This document shows, one piece after another, positions 7,729-17,515 of a stretch of 52,282 nucleotides of DNA. This DNA comes from Desulfobacteraceae bacterium (lineage in GTDB: Bacteria; Desulfobacterota; Desulfobacteria; Desulfobacterales; Desulfosalsimonadaceae): positions 1 to 52,282 of the forward strand of contig JAGGYV010000299.1 of assembly GCA_021162325.1 (NCBI GenBank), read 5' to 3'. The position numbers and the translations under genes are program-made. Within the stretch, counting starts at the first letter, position 1. The number at the start of each line of letters is the position of its first letter. A model generated the notes under the pieces. That model made no database searches. It was not told the DNA's origin and was given only the letters and a program-made list of their open reading frames with translations.

Positions 7729-9711
7729 ATGTGGAACAAAACAAATTATCAATATAAACCAACCGATATTAAAAAAATGACTAACAAACGAAATATTTAC
7801 CTGAAAATGAAAACATTGGAAGAAGCCAAAAACATCCTGCTTGAGGCCTTTCCGGAATTTGACCGGCTTCGTTCCGAAACGATTGATGTGACAGATGCCG
7901 TTAACCGGGTGCTGTCTGAACCGGTTTTTGCTGCCATGTCATCTCCGAATTATCATGCCGCCGCCATGGACGGTATTGCCGTTGCTGCGGAATCCACGTT
8001 TGGGGCTGCTGAAACAGACCCAAAAACACTTTTGATCGGTAAAAACGCGCATTATGTGAATACCGGCCATGTGATGCCGGAAAATACCAATGCCGTCATC
8101 ATGATCGAAAATATCAATATACTAAATAAACAGCAGGTGGAAATCATTGCGCCGGCGTTTCCCTGGCAGAATGTCCGCCGGATGGGAGAAGACATTGTTG
8201 CCACGGAACTGGTATTTCCAAGAAACCACAAGATCACCCCTTACTGCCTGGGTGCCCTGATATCCGCCGGCATTTTTCACGTTAATGTCTACAAAAAACC
8301 CAATGTGTTTATCCAGCCCACCGGATCGGAGCTGGTCGATCATAGCCAACTCGCTCAAAACGGATTAACCCCCGGCCAGGTTCTGGATTCCAACTCGCAT
8401 ATGCTGGGAAAACTGGTGGATACCTGCGGAGGATATTATTTTAAAAACAAAATTGTTATAGATGAATTTAAACTGATTGCCACCCCCATACAAGCTGCTG
8501 CTGCCGGGGATTATGATATGCTTTTCATCACCGGCGGGTCTTCTGCCGGATCTAAAGATTTTACCCGGGAAATCATTTCCGAACTGGGAGAAGTGCTGAT
8601 TCACGGGGTGACCATGATGCCGGGGAAACCCGTTATTGTAGGTAAAATTAATGAAAAACCGATTTTCGGCATACCGGGTTATCCGGTATCGGCAATCATC
8701 GCATTTGAACAACTGGTCCGGCCGCTGATCAACCGAATGCTGAACCAGCCGGATATCCCGGACCATGAAATCCAGGTTTTCCCCACCCGAAAAATCCCCT
8801 CAAAACTCGGACTTGAAGAATTTTTAAGGGTAAAGTTAGGCAATGTGGGGAACCAAATTGTGGCGACCCCCCTGCCCCGGGGCGCCGGATGCATCACCAG
8901 TTTTACGGAAGCAGACGGCATCATCCGGATTCCTAATCATATCGAAGGGATCGCGGAGAACAAACCGGTCACCGCCACCCTGCTCCGGCCGCTGCCTGAA
9001 ATCAACAATACGATTGTGGCTGTGGGAAGCCATGACAATACCATGGACGTGCTAGCCGATCTGATCCGGGGCGAAAGCTGCCGGGTATCGCTGTCGTCCA
9101 GTCATGTGGGGAGCATGGGCGGGCTTATGGCCATCAAAAAAGGATTGGCCCATATCGCAGGGACCCACCTTTTAAACCCGGATGACGGCAATTACAATAT
9201 TTCCTATATCCAAAAATACCTGCCGGATACACCCGTAAAATTGGTTCATCTGGTTCAAAGGGAACAGGGCCTGATCATTGCAAAAAATAATCCGAAAAAT
9301 ATAAAGGGCATAAAAGATTTAAACCAAAAAGGCATATCCTTTATCAACCGCCAAAGCGGTTCCGGCACCCGGATTCTTCTGGATTTCAAACTCGGCCAGA
9401 TGGGTTTAAATCCGGCAGATATTAACGGTTATGTAAATGAAGAATTTACCCATATGGCTGTGGCGGTCGCCGTTCTGAGCGGAAGTGCCGATGCCGGCTT
9501 AGGAATCTATGCTGCGGCCAAAGCATTAAATCTTGATTTTCTTCCGGTGGTAACAGAGTCTTATGATCTTTTAATTCCTGCCAATGTGTTTGACACAAAA
9601 AATATTGCCCTTCTTCTGAAAATCATTAAATCAGATGAATTTAAATCCCGGGTCGAACAGCTTGGCGGATATCATACCCAAAACACCGGTGAAATTTTGT
9701 GGAGTAACTGA
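7729..9711 (+). CDS. moeA: MoeA fused to a C-terminal periplasmic-binding-protein-like (PBP) domain
   Basis: The N-terminal roughly 420 aa are MoeA-like (AAMDGIAV, FITGGSSAGSKDF, GIPGYPVSAIIAFE). The C-terminal roughly 230 aa (VAVGSHDNTMD...GSGTRILLD...) resemble a PBP or anion-binding fold. The start is uncertain: 7729, 7777 or 7810. Confidence 0.8.
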   Translation: MWNKTNYQYKPTDIKKMTNKRNIYLKMKTLEEAKNILLEAFPEFDRLRSETIDVTDAVNRVLSEPVFAAMSSPNYHAAAMDGIAVAAESTFGAAETDPKTLLIGKNAHYVNTGHVMPENTNAVIMIENINILNKQQVEIIAPAFPWQNVRRMGEDIVATELVFPRNHKITPYCLGALISAGIFHVNVYKKPNVFIQPTGSELVDHSQLAQNGLTPGQVLDSNSHMLGKLVDTCGGYYFKNKIVIDEFKLIATPIQAAAAGDYDMLFITGGSSAGSKDFTREIISELGEVLIHGVTMMPGKPVIVGKINEKPIFGIPGYPVSAIIAFEQLVRPLINRMLNQPDIPDHEIQVFPTRKIPSKLGLEEFLRVKLGNVGNQIVATPLPRGAGCITSFTEADGIIRIPNHIEGIAENKPVTATLLRPLPEINNTIVAVGSHDNTMDVLADLIRGESCRVSLSSSHVGSMGGLMAIKKGLAHIAGTHLLNPDDGNYNISYIQKYLPDTPVKLVHLVQREQGLIIAKNNPKNIKGIKDLNQKGISFINRQSGSGTRILLDFKLGQMGLNPADINGYVNEEFTHMAVAVAVLSGSADAGLGIYAAAKALNLDFLPVVTESYDLLIPANVFDTKNIALLLKIIKSDEFKSRVEQLGGYHTQNTGEILWSN

Positions 9712-10124
9712 TGGCTTATGAACTGATTGATCATACGGCCGACATCGGTATCCGAGTCACCGAAACCTCGATAAAGAATCTGTTTGAAACCGCGGCCCAT
9801 GCCATGTTTGAACAGATCACGGAACCGGCAAAACTCAACGGCACGCATACCAAAAAGATACACGTAAAAGGAATCGACCCACCGGACCTGCTGATCAACT
9901 GGCTGAGGGAACTGCTGTGGTGCTGGACCATCGATAATTGCCTGGTCCGTAAAGTCGCTATCAATGTCATAAATAACAACCACCTTTCAGCGAAAATCTC
10001 CTATGATAAATTTGACCCGAAAACACATGAAATTTTAAAAGATATCAAGGCGGTGACCTATCACGATGCGTCTGTTGTGCAGACGGATGCAGGGTGGGAA
10101 GCGACGATAATTTTTGACGTATAA
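9711..10124 (+). CDS. Archease (RtcB activator)
   Basis: 137 aa. MAYELIDHTADIGIRV and KAVTYHD are typical of archease. The ATG overlaps the upstream TGA by 1 nt (TGATG). Confidence 0.85.
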   Translation: MAYELIDHTADIGIRVTETSIKNLFETAAHAMFEQITEPAKLNGTHTKKIHVKGIDPPDLLINWLRELLWCWTIDNCLVRKVAINVINNNHLSAKISYDKFDPKTHEILKDIKAVTYHDASVVQTDAGWEATIIFDV

Positions 10125-10180
10125 TAAAATTTTTGGAAAAAATTTTATGTTTTCCCACGGAGGACCGTGGAAACGAGATA

Positions 10181-10260
10181 AATATCGAATAACGAACAAG
10201 GAATTTTGAACCGCAGAGGTAGAGACGTTGCATGCAACGTCTCTACTTCGAAATTCGATA
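10181..10260. repeat. Perfect 28-bp palindrome GTAGAGACGTTGCATGCAACGTCTCTAC (10218-10245) inside a larger hairpin
   Basis: Directly visible. Flanking arms are atatcgaataacgaa (10181-10195) and ttcgaaattcgatat (10246-10260). Further pairings are tgaaccgcag (10206-10215) with ctgtggttca (10276-10285), followed by a T-run. Confidence 0.85.
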
Positions 10261-10348
10261 TTCTTGATTCAAAATTCTGTGGTTCATTTTTTCAAAAATA
10301 TCTTAAAGTAATGGAATTAAATTACAACATTTATTAAGGGCCATTACT

Positions 10349-11782
10349 ATGGAATTGATTCAAATCGATAATTTTCGATGGGAAATACAAAAACAAGGCC
10401 CCATGCGGGTGCCGGCCCGAATTTACTCCAGCGGGGCCATGATCGAGGCCATTAAAAAGGAAGAGACCTTTAAACAGCTAGTTAATGTGGCACAACTTCC
10501 CGGAATTATCACGGCAGCCCTGGCCATGCCGGACATTCACTGGGGGTACGGCTTTCCCATTGGCGGAGTCGCCGCATTTGACTGTGACGAAGGCGTAATT
10601 TCACCGGGCGGGGTGGGATATGACATTAACTGCGGCGTTCGACTGGCTGTCACAAATCTAACAGAAAAAGAAGTCCGCCCGCACCTTGAAAACCTGATAA
10701 ACGCCCTCTTCAGCGCCATTCCCGCAGGCGTCGGCTCTATGAGCGACATCAAACTGTCTTATCCGGATTTAAAAAAAGTGCTGAAAACCGGCAGCGACTG
10801 GGCGGTTAAAAACGGTTATGGAGAGGACACAGATATACTCCATACGGAAGACCACGGCTGCATGGAAGACGCTGACCCGAGTGCTATCAGTCAGCGGGCT
10901 TTAGATCGGGGAAAAAAGCAACTGGGCACCCTGGGATCCGGCAATCATTTTCTGGAAATCGGTGTGGTGGATAAAATCTATGATGAAACAGCCGCTCAAA
11001 TATTCGGACTCTTTGAAAATCACATTACCGTGATGCTCCATACCGGATCACGGGGGATGGGGCACCAGGTATGTGATGATTTTCTGGCTTCTATGACTAA
11101 AAAATTACATAAAGGCGGAATTCCGGTTCCGGACCGTCAGCTTGCCTGCGCGAAAATAAAGTCACCGGCCGGGGAACAGTATTACCGCGCCATGAGTTGT
11201 GCCGCCAACTTTGCCTGGGCCAACCGGCAGGTGCTCATGCATCATGCCAAAAATGTTCTGATGCGAATTTTCAATATCAGCCCGAGAGATCTTGCCATGC
11301 GGCTGGTTTATGATGTATGTCATAATATTGCCAAATTTGAATCTCATGTGGTAGAAGGGAAAAAACAGCGGGTGTGTGTTCACAGAAAAGGGGCGACCCG
11401 GGCATTTGCTCCAGGCCATCCGGCGCTGAGTCCAGATTATCGGGATACCGGACAGCCGATCCTGATCCCCGGGGATATGGGGACCGCTTCTTATGTCTTG
11501 TCCGGCACGCAAAAATCTATGGATGAAACCTTCGGCTCCACCTGTCATGGTGCCGGCCGGGTACTCAGCCGGACAGCGGCTAAAAAGGCGGCAAAAGGAC
11601 GTTCCTTAAAACGGGAACTCGAAGACAAAGGCATTTTTGTCCGGTGGGCCGGGCGATCTACCATGGCTGAAGAAATGCCGGATGCGTATAAGGATATCTC
11701 CCAGGTGGTGAATGTGGTGCATGGATCAGGGATATCAAAGAAGGTGGCAAAATTACGCCCCATCGCCGTTGTTAAAGGCTGA
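10349..11782 (+). CDS. rtcB: RNA 3'-phosphate/5'-OH ligase RtcB
   Basis: 477 aa. Contains GYDINCGVR, GSGNHFLE, HTGSRGMGHQV and HGAGR motifs. Confidence 0.95.
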   Translation: MELIQIDNFRWEIQKQGPMRVPARIYSSGAMIEAIKKEETFKQLVNVAQLPGIITAALAMPDIHWGYGFPIGGVAAFDCDEGVISPGGVGYDINCGVRLAVTNLTEKEVRPHLENLINALFSAIPAGVGSMSDIKLSYPDLKKVLKTGSDWAVKNGYGEDTDILHTEDHGCMEDADPSAISQRALDRGKKQLGTLGSGNHFLEIGVVDKIYDETAAQIFGLFENHITVMLHTGSRGMGHQVCDDFLASMTKKLHKGGIPVPDRQLACAKIKSPAGEQYYRAMSCAANFAWANRQVLMHHAKNVLMRIFNISPRDLAMRLVYDVCHNIAKFESHVVEGKKQRVCVHRKGATRAFAPGHPALSPDYRDTGQPILIPGDMGTASYVLSGTQKSMDETFGSTCHGAGRVLSRTAAKKAAKGRSLKRELEDKGIFVRWAGRSTMAEEMPDAYKDISQVVNVVHGSGISKKVAKLRPIAVVKG

Positions 11783-11829
11783 TTCGCTTATTTCGTGCCT
11801 GAATAAAAAGTCTTTAAATTGCACTTTTT

Positions 11830-11918
11830 CTGTCATTGCGAGAGAGGTACGACCGAAGCAATCCCATTAAAAACAGGAGATTACTTCGTCGTTCGTTCCT
11901 CACTCCTCGTAATGACAG
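11830..11918. repeat. Palindromic GTCATTGCGAG...CTCGTAATGAC element, copy B
   Basis: The ends ctgtcattgcgag and ctcgtaatgacag are inverted. Same family as 7394-7504. Confidence 0.85.
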
Positions 11919-12016
11919 TCTGGATTTCAAGATTTTCGATTAAACACTATTTAATAACAATAATAAACATATTATAAAAACAAATCTTTATAACCCATAA
12001 AAATAAGGAGGAAAAT

Positions 12017-13363
12017 ATGACGCCCGATATTTTCAGAGAATACGATATCAGAGGAATTACCGGATCTCAAATCACGGAAGATGATGTAATTAAAATCGGC
12101 CAGGGCATCGGCACCTTTTTGGTGAGAAACGACTGTTTTAATCTGACCGTCGGGCGCGACTGCCGCATCACGTCAGACCGGTATTCAGAACTGCTGATTA
12201 AAGGGCTCCTGTCAACGGGATGCAATGCCACGGATATAGGTGTATGTCCGACACCGATCCAGTATTTTTCCATCCGGCATTTAAATAAACAAGGCGGTGT
12301 CATGGTAACAGCAAGCCATAACCCGCCGGAATACAACGGGTTTAAAATCTGCCAAAATCTGGATTCCGTTTTTGGTGAGCAAATTCAGAAAATTAAAAAG
12401 CTCATCGAGCAAAATGATTTTGAGCAGGGAAACGGCTCCAGGGATGAAGCTGATGTGGTTACCCCTTATAAACAATATATTATCGAAAATATCCACATTA
12501 AAAACCCCATAAAGGTGGGGGTTGATGCAGGAAACGGCACATCCGGGGTAATTACCGTTCCAATTTTGAAACAGCTCAATTGTGAAGTCCATGACATTTA
12601 CTGTGACATGGACGGCAATTTCCCGAATCACGAAGCAGACCCCACAGTGCTTAAAAACATGGCAGACCTGATCAAACTGGTAAAAGATAACAAGCTGGAC
12701 ATAGGGATCGGGTTTGACGGTGACGGTGACCGGATCGGCGTTGTGGATGAAAAAGGAAACCTGATTTACGGCGATCAGCTCATGATCATCTTTTCCAGGG
12801 AAATTCTTTCCAGAAAGCCGGGAGCCACTTTTATCTCTGAGGTCAAATGCTCAAAAACCATGTATGATGATATCAAGGCCCATGGCGGCAATGCCATTAT
12901 GTGGAAAACCGGACACTCCCTGATCAAGAAAAAAATGAAAGAAGAAAAAGCCGAACTGGCCGGAGAAATGAGCGGGCATATGTTTTTTGCAGACCGGTAT
13001 TTTGGATATGATGATGCCACCTACGCCGCCTGCCGGCTTCTGGAAATCTTATCCGACACCGGCAAAACCATTTCCGAATTGCTTTCTGACATCCCCAAAA
13101 CCTATAATACGCCTGAAATCCGGGTGGACTGCCCGGATAATATCAAATTTTCAGTGGTTGACAAAGTGACTGAAATCTTTCGTAAAAACTATGATGTGAT
13201 AGACATTGACGGCGTACGGATTGTTTTTGAAGACGGCTGGGGACTTGTCAGGGCTTCGAATACACAGCCGGCCCTTGTGCTGAGGTTTGAAGCATTATCT
13301 AAAAACCGACTGGATGAAATCAGACACCTTGTGGAATCCACGCTGGAAAGCGTCAAAAAATGA
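12017..13363 (+). CDS. Phosphomannomutase/phosphoglucomutase (alpha-D-phosphohexomutase)
   Basis: 448 aa. Contains the TASHNPPEYNGFK active-site loop, the GFDGDGDR metal loop and GEMSGH. Confidence 0.9.
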   Translation: MTPDIFREYDIRGITGSQITEDDVIKIGQGIGTFLVRNDCFNLTVGRDCRITSDRYSELLIKGLLSTGCNATDIGVCPTPIQYFSIRHLNKQGGVMVTASHNPPEYNGFKICQNLDSVFGEQIQKIKKLIEQNDFEQGNGSRDEADVVTPYKQYIIENIHIKNPIKVGVDAGNGTSGVITVPILKQLNCEVHDIYCDMDGNFPNHEADPTVLKNMADLIKLVKDNKLDIGIGFDGDGDRIGVVDEKGNLIYGDQLMIIFSREILSRKPGATFISEVKCSKTMYDDIKAHGGNAIMWKTGHSLIKKKMKEEKAELAGEMSGHMFFADRYFGYDDATYAACRLLEILSDTGKTISELLSDIPKTYNTPEIRVDCPDNIKFSVVDKVTEIFRKNYDVIDIDGVRIVFEDGWGLVRASNTQPALVLRFEALSKNRLDEIRHLVESTLESVKK

Positions 13364-14460
13364 TATCCGTAACCCCGAAAAATGACAGAAAGCAGGCTCT
13401 AAGAATCCGCCGTTTTTTCATCGGTGCGGCATCCTATGTCATGTGGTTCATACTGATTCTGTATTGCCATCACCTGGGATTTTTACGCCTGTCTTTTAAA
13501 TGGGCATTGCTTGGATGTGGAATCGCTGCAGGAATCAATGTCATTTTATATCTCATTTTTCGAACCGGATTAAATAAAAAATTTAACGACCCAAGCCTGA
13601 CCTTCCTCCAGATGGCTCTTGCGGCCCTGGCAGCCATGGTGGGCATCTATTATACGGATAATATCCGGGGAATCATGCTTGTTGCCTACATTGTAACAAT
13701 TTTGTTCGGCGTGTTTCGTTTTAGCATTATTCAGTATTTAATTTTTACCATATTCTCAATAACATGTTACGGAACGGTAATCCTGTTGCTCTTAAACAAT
13801 CATCCGGAGACCATCACCCTTCAAATTGAAGTTCTGCAGCTGGTCGTATTTGCAACGGTTATGACCTGGTTTTCGATGGTCGGCAGCTATATGCGAACCA
13901 TACGGAAAAAATTATCCTCCACAAACTACCGCTTAAATAATGCACTGAGCACCATCCGGGAGCTGGCCATCCATGATGACCTGACCCAGGCCTATAACCG
14001 GCGGCAAATGTTTGAAGAGCTCAAACGGGAAAAAACCAAGGCAGACCGAATCGGCGATATTTTTTCAATCGCATTGTTTGACATAGATCACTTCAAAAAA
14101 GTGAATGACACCTATGGTCATTTAAAAGGAGATGATGTCTTAAAATACTTGATTCATTCGATACGTCATGAAATAAGAGAGATCGACAGCATTTCCCGGT
14201 ACGGGGGAGAAGAATTTATCATTATAATGAGCGGCACGGATACAAAAGGTGCTGAAGAGGGTGCTTATCGCATCAAAAATAATATTGAAAATTTAAAATT
14301 TCCGGGATTTTCGGATTCATTTCGTATGACAATTTCAACAGGCATTGCAACGTATCAGCCGGTGGAAAGTATAGATGATCTGATTGCCCGATCCGATTCG
14401 GCAATGTATAAAGCAAAATCAATGGGCAGAAATCAGGTGGTGGCTGAAAACACAAAATAA
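13360..14460 (+). CDS. Membrane-anchored diguanylate cyclase (GGDEF)
   Basis: The N-terminal roughly 180 aa are multi-TM. The C-terminal GGDEF domain has GGEEF and an RxxD I-site (REID) five residues upstream. The ATG overlaps the upstream stop (ATGA). Confidence 0.85.
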   Translation: MISVTPKNDRKQALRIRRFFIGAASYVMWFILILYCHHLGFLRLSFKWALLGCGIAAGINVILYLIFRTGLNKKFNDPSLTFLQMALAALAAMVGIYYTDNIRGIMLVAYIVTILFGVFRFSIIQYLIFTIFSITCYGTVILLLLNNHPETITLQIEVLQLVVFATVMTWFSMVGSYMRTIRKKLSSTNYRLNNALSTIRELAIHDDLTQAYNRRQMFEELKREKTKADRIGDIFSIALFDIDHFKKVNDTYGHLKGDDVLKYLIHSIRHEIREIDSISRYGGEEFIIIMSGTDTKGAEEGAYRIKNNIENLKFPGFSDSFRMTISTGIATYQPVESIDDLIARSDSAMYKAKSMGRNQVVAENTK

Positions 14461-14612
14461 ATTCGAAAATCGTAACTTCTCAATAAAGGCGGGAATTCAG
14501 TGGTAGTATCACAATACATGGGGTGCCCGGACTTTTTGAGAACATACCAAAAGTCTTATTAAATACTATATTTATACAATATTATTAATTTTTATACATA
14601 GAAGGAATATTT

Positions 14613-16196
14613 ATGAAAGTATTAATCAGTGATGTCCTGGGGGAAGCAGGAATCAAAATTTTTGAAGAAGAAAATGGCATCGATGTGGATGTGAATACCG
14701 GACTTACTCCTGAAGAACTTAAAGCAATTATAGGCAATTATGACGGACTGGTCATTCGCAGCGCCACAAAAGTAACCGCAGGCCTGTTAGAGGCGGCCAC
14801 CAACTTAAAGGTCGTGGGCCGGGCGGGTATCGGTCTGGATAATGTGGATATTCCCGCTGCTACCAAAAAAGGGGTTGCGGTCATGAACACCCCCGGCGGC
14901 AATGTGGTCACCACCGCCGAACATACCCTTTCGTTGATGATGGCACTGACCCGGAACATTCCCCAGGGGACCTCGTCATTAAAAGATGGCCGTTGGGATA
15001 AAAAGAAACTCCAGGGCCGGGAAGTTTTTAACAAAACGCTGGGCGTCATTGGTTTTGGAAATATTGGATCCGTGGTTGCCGATCGTGCCCGGGGCCTGAA
15101 AATGCGAGTGATTATTCATGATCCTGTCGTTCAGGCTGAAGTCATTGAAAAAGAAGGTTTTGAATGGGTTTCTTTAGACAAACTATACCAGGAAGCCGAT
15201 TATATTACCGTCCATGTTCCAAAAACCAAGAACACCACCGGCCTGCTCAACAAAGCAGCCTTTGATCAGATGAAAACAGGCGTCATGGTCATCAATTGTG
15301 CCCGCGGCGGGATTATTGATGAAGACGATCTTTATGAGGCAATGGCCTCAGGAAAAGTAGCCGGGGCGGCTTTAGACGTTTTCACCACCGAACCCCCGCT
15401 GGCGGATATGCCGCTGATCAAACTGAACAACCTGATTGCCACCCCCCACCTCGGTGCCTCCACCAAAGAAGCCCAAACCAACGTCGCAGTGGCCGTTGCC
15501 GAGCAAATTATCGAATATTTAAAAAACAACAACATTATTAATGCAGTGAATGTACCGGCCGTATCCGGTAAACTTCTCGAACAATTAGGCCCGTTTCTGA
15601 CACTGGCAGACCGAATGGGCTGCATGCAGGCCCAATTAATAACCGGCCAGTTAAAAGAAATCCGCATTGAATATAACGGGGATTTCCATGGCCTTGACCT
15701 AAAACCCGTGACCACCGCCTTCTTAAAAGGCGTTCTCGATTCACTGGTTTCCGATGGGGTAAACTCCGTTAATGCCCCTATGCTGGCCAAAGAGATGGGC
15801 ATTAAAGTGTCTGAAACCAGCACGGCTGATTCAGAAAAATTTTTAAATCGCATCTCTGTAACGGTTGTCACCACTGAAATGGAATGCACGATTGCCGGCA
15901 GCGTTTTCGGTAAATCAGACACAAGAATTGTCCGAATTGACGATTTTATTATAGAAATCATTCCGGAAGGCTACCTGGCGATAATCCACAACCTTGACGA
16001 ACCCGGTGCCATCGGCAGTATCGGTAACGTTCTGGGAAAAAACAATATCAATATTTCACAGATGCAGGTCGGAACCGCCGTTGGCGGGGAAAACAATATT
16101 ATCCTGATTAAAACAGATCTGCCGCTGACCGATGAAGTTAAAAATAAAATTCAGAGACTTTCGAAAGTAAAGACCATCCAAACCTTAGAACTATAA
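14613..16196 (+). CDS. serA: D-3-phosphoglycerate dehydrogenase (long form with ACT domain)
   Basis: 527 aa. Contains the GVIGFGNIGS NAD fold and a 2-hydroxyacid dehydrogenase core, with a C-terminal ACT-like segment. Confidence 0.95.
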   Translation: MKVLISDVLGEAGIKIFEEENGIDVDVNTGLTPEELKAIIGNYDGLVIRSATKVTAGLLEAATNLKVVGRAGIGLDNVDIPAATKKGVAVMNTPGGNVVTTAEHTLSLMMALTRNIPQGTSSLKDGRWDKKKLQGREVFNKTLGVIGFGNIGSVVADRARGLKMRVIIHDPVVQAEVIEKEGFEWVSLDKLYQEADYITVHVPKTKNTTGLLNKAAFDQMKTGVMVINCARGGIIDEDDLYEAMASGKVAGAALDVFTTEPPLADMPLIKLNNLIATPHLGASTKEAQTNVAVAVAEQIIEYLKNNNIINAVNVPAVSGKLLEQLGPFLTLADRMGCMQAQLITGQLKEIRIEYNGDFHGLDLKPVTTAFLKGVLDSLVSDGVNSVNAPMLAKEMGIKVSETSTADSEKFLNRISVTVVTTEMECTIAGSVFGKSDTRIVRIDDFIIEIIPEGYLAIIHNLDEPGAIGSIGNVLGKNNINISQMQVGTAVGGENNIILIKTDLPLTDEVKNKIQRLSKVKTIQTLEL

Positions 16197-16221
16197 TAAA
16201 TAATTTTTCAAAGAGGGCCAA

Positions 16222-16509
16222 ATGACAGAAAATAATCAACCACCGGGCGACTTTGCGATGCCTGCAATTAATTTTTCAACATTTATTCTATCATTAAACT
16301 CCTCTGCGCTGGTGCATCTCGGCATACAAACAGATCCCACATCCGGAAGCACGTCTGAGAATCTTCTTATCGCAAAACAGACCATTGATATTCTTGCCAT
16401 GCTGGATGAAAAAACCAAAGGGAACCTGTCAGAAGACGAAAAACGGCTTTTAACGCATGTGCTTTACGAATTAAGAATGCTGTATGTAAAACAGAAAGAA
16501 AAAAAATAG
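16222..16509 (+). CDS. DUF1844-like small protein
   Basis: 95 aa. FSTFILSLNSSALVHLG...IDILAMLDEKTKGNL resembles DUF1844, recalled from memory. Confidence 0.6.
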   Translation: MTENNQPPGDFAMPAINFSTFILSLNSSALVHLGIQTDPTSGSTSENLLIAKQTIDILAMLDEKTKGNLSEDEKRLLTHVLYELRMLYVKQKEKK

Positions 16510-16521
16510 ATATTTTTTTTC

Positions 16522-17364
16522 ATGAAGATTCAATCACCGGCGAAAATCAATCTATTTCTGGAAGTTTGCAGCAAACGTCCGGATGGATATCATAATCTCA
16601 ATACCCTGATGTGCTGTATCGAACTTTCCGATACGATCCGATTAACATTTGGACAAAAAAAAATATCCGTTCACTGCGCCCACCCGGATGTACCTGAAGA
16701 CGAAACCAACCTTGCCTGCCGGGCCGCCCGATTATTTTTTGACACCACCCGCATTCACGAAGGTGTCCATATTGATATTGAAAAAAATATTCCTATCGGC
16801 GCAGGCTTAGGCGGCGGCAGCAGCAACGCGGCAGCCGTTCTGAAAGGTCTGAATTCCTTTTACGGGTTCCCTGTTTCCACCACGTCCCTGATAACTGCCG
16901 GAAAATCCATCGGAGCAGATGTACCTTTCTTCATCTACGGGAAACCGGCCGTTGCCACCGGAATCGGAGACATTTTAACCCCCTGCGATTGCATTCAATC
17001 CTGTCCGATCTTACTGATTTATCCCGCCATACCGATCTCTACCGCCATAGTATATAAAAAATTGAATTTAAGATTGACAAAAACCAAAAAAATCAATACA
17101 AAATTTCTTTTTAAGTTAAACTTGGGCAAAGATGCTGCGAAACAATTATTCAATGATCTTGAATTGGTTGCGTTTGAAATTTGTCCCGAAATTCAGGAAG
17201 CCAAAGCGTCTTTGCTGGCGCACGATGCTTCCGCAGCCTTGATGACCGGTAGCGGGTCGGCTGTTTTCGGGCTTTATGAAAATATTAAAAATGCAAAAAA
17301 AGCATACAACGCCATATCGCAAAACCGTACGTGGCGAATTTATCTGAGCCATTTGGTTGTTTGA
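16522..17364 (+). CDS. ispE: 4-diphosphocytidyl-2-C-methyl-D-erythritol kinase
   Basis: 280 aa. Contains SPAKINLFLEV and the GHMP kinase loop IPIGAGLGGGSSNAAA. Confidence 0.9.
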   Translation: MKIQSPAKINLFLEVCSKRPDGYHNLNTLMCCIELSDTIRLTFGQKKISVHCAHPDVPEDETNLACRAARLFFDTTRIHEGVHIDIEKNIPIGAGLGGGSSNAAAVLKGLNSFYGFPVSTTSLITAGKSIGADVPFFIYGKPAVATGIGDILTPCDCIQSCPILLIYPAIPISTAIVYKKLNLRLTKTKKINTKFLFKLNLGKDAAKQLFNDLELVAFEICPEIQEAKASLLAHDASAALMTGSGSAVFGLYENIKNAKKAYNAISQNRTWRIYLSHLVV

Positions 17365-17406
17365 TATGACGTTAGCCCAATTGTACTTTTTTTAAAAAAA
17401 TAATTA

Positions 17407-17481
17407 TGGGGCGTCGTCAAGTGGCAAGACACAGGATTTTGATTCCTGCATTCGGAGGTTCGAACCCTCCCGCCCCAGCCA
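17407..17481 (+). tRNA. tRNA-Gln (anticodon TTG)
   Basis: Hand-folded cloverleaf. The acceptor TGGGGCG pairs with CGCCCCA. The anticodon stem is CAGGA/TCCTG with loop TTTTGAT. The T-arm is GGAGGTTCGAACCCTCC, and the 3' CCA is encoded. Confidence 0.9.
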
Positions 17482-17515
17482 ATCATTAAACATTTAAATT
17501 ATAAGAATTAAAACC

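Noticed and set aside
14528-14558. GGACTTTTT...AAAAGTC inverted repeat upstream of serA as a solo remnant of the 150-nt element
   Set aside because: Only 7 bp match the element termini, which could easily be chance in AT-rich DNA.
15332-15961. 209-aa ORF antisense to serA
   Set aside because: It lies entirely inside the strongly supported serA gene and has no recognisable motifs.
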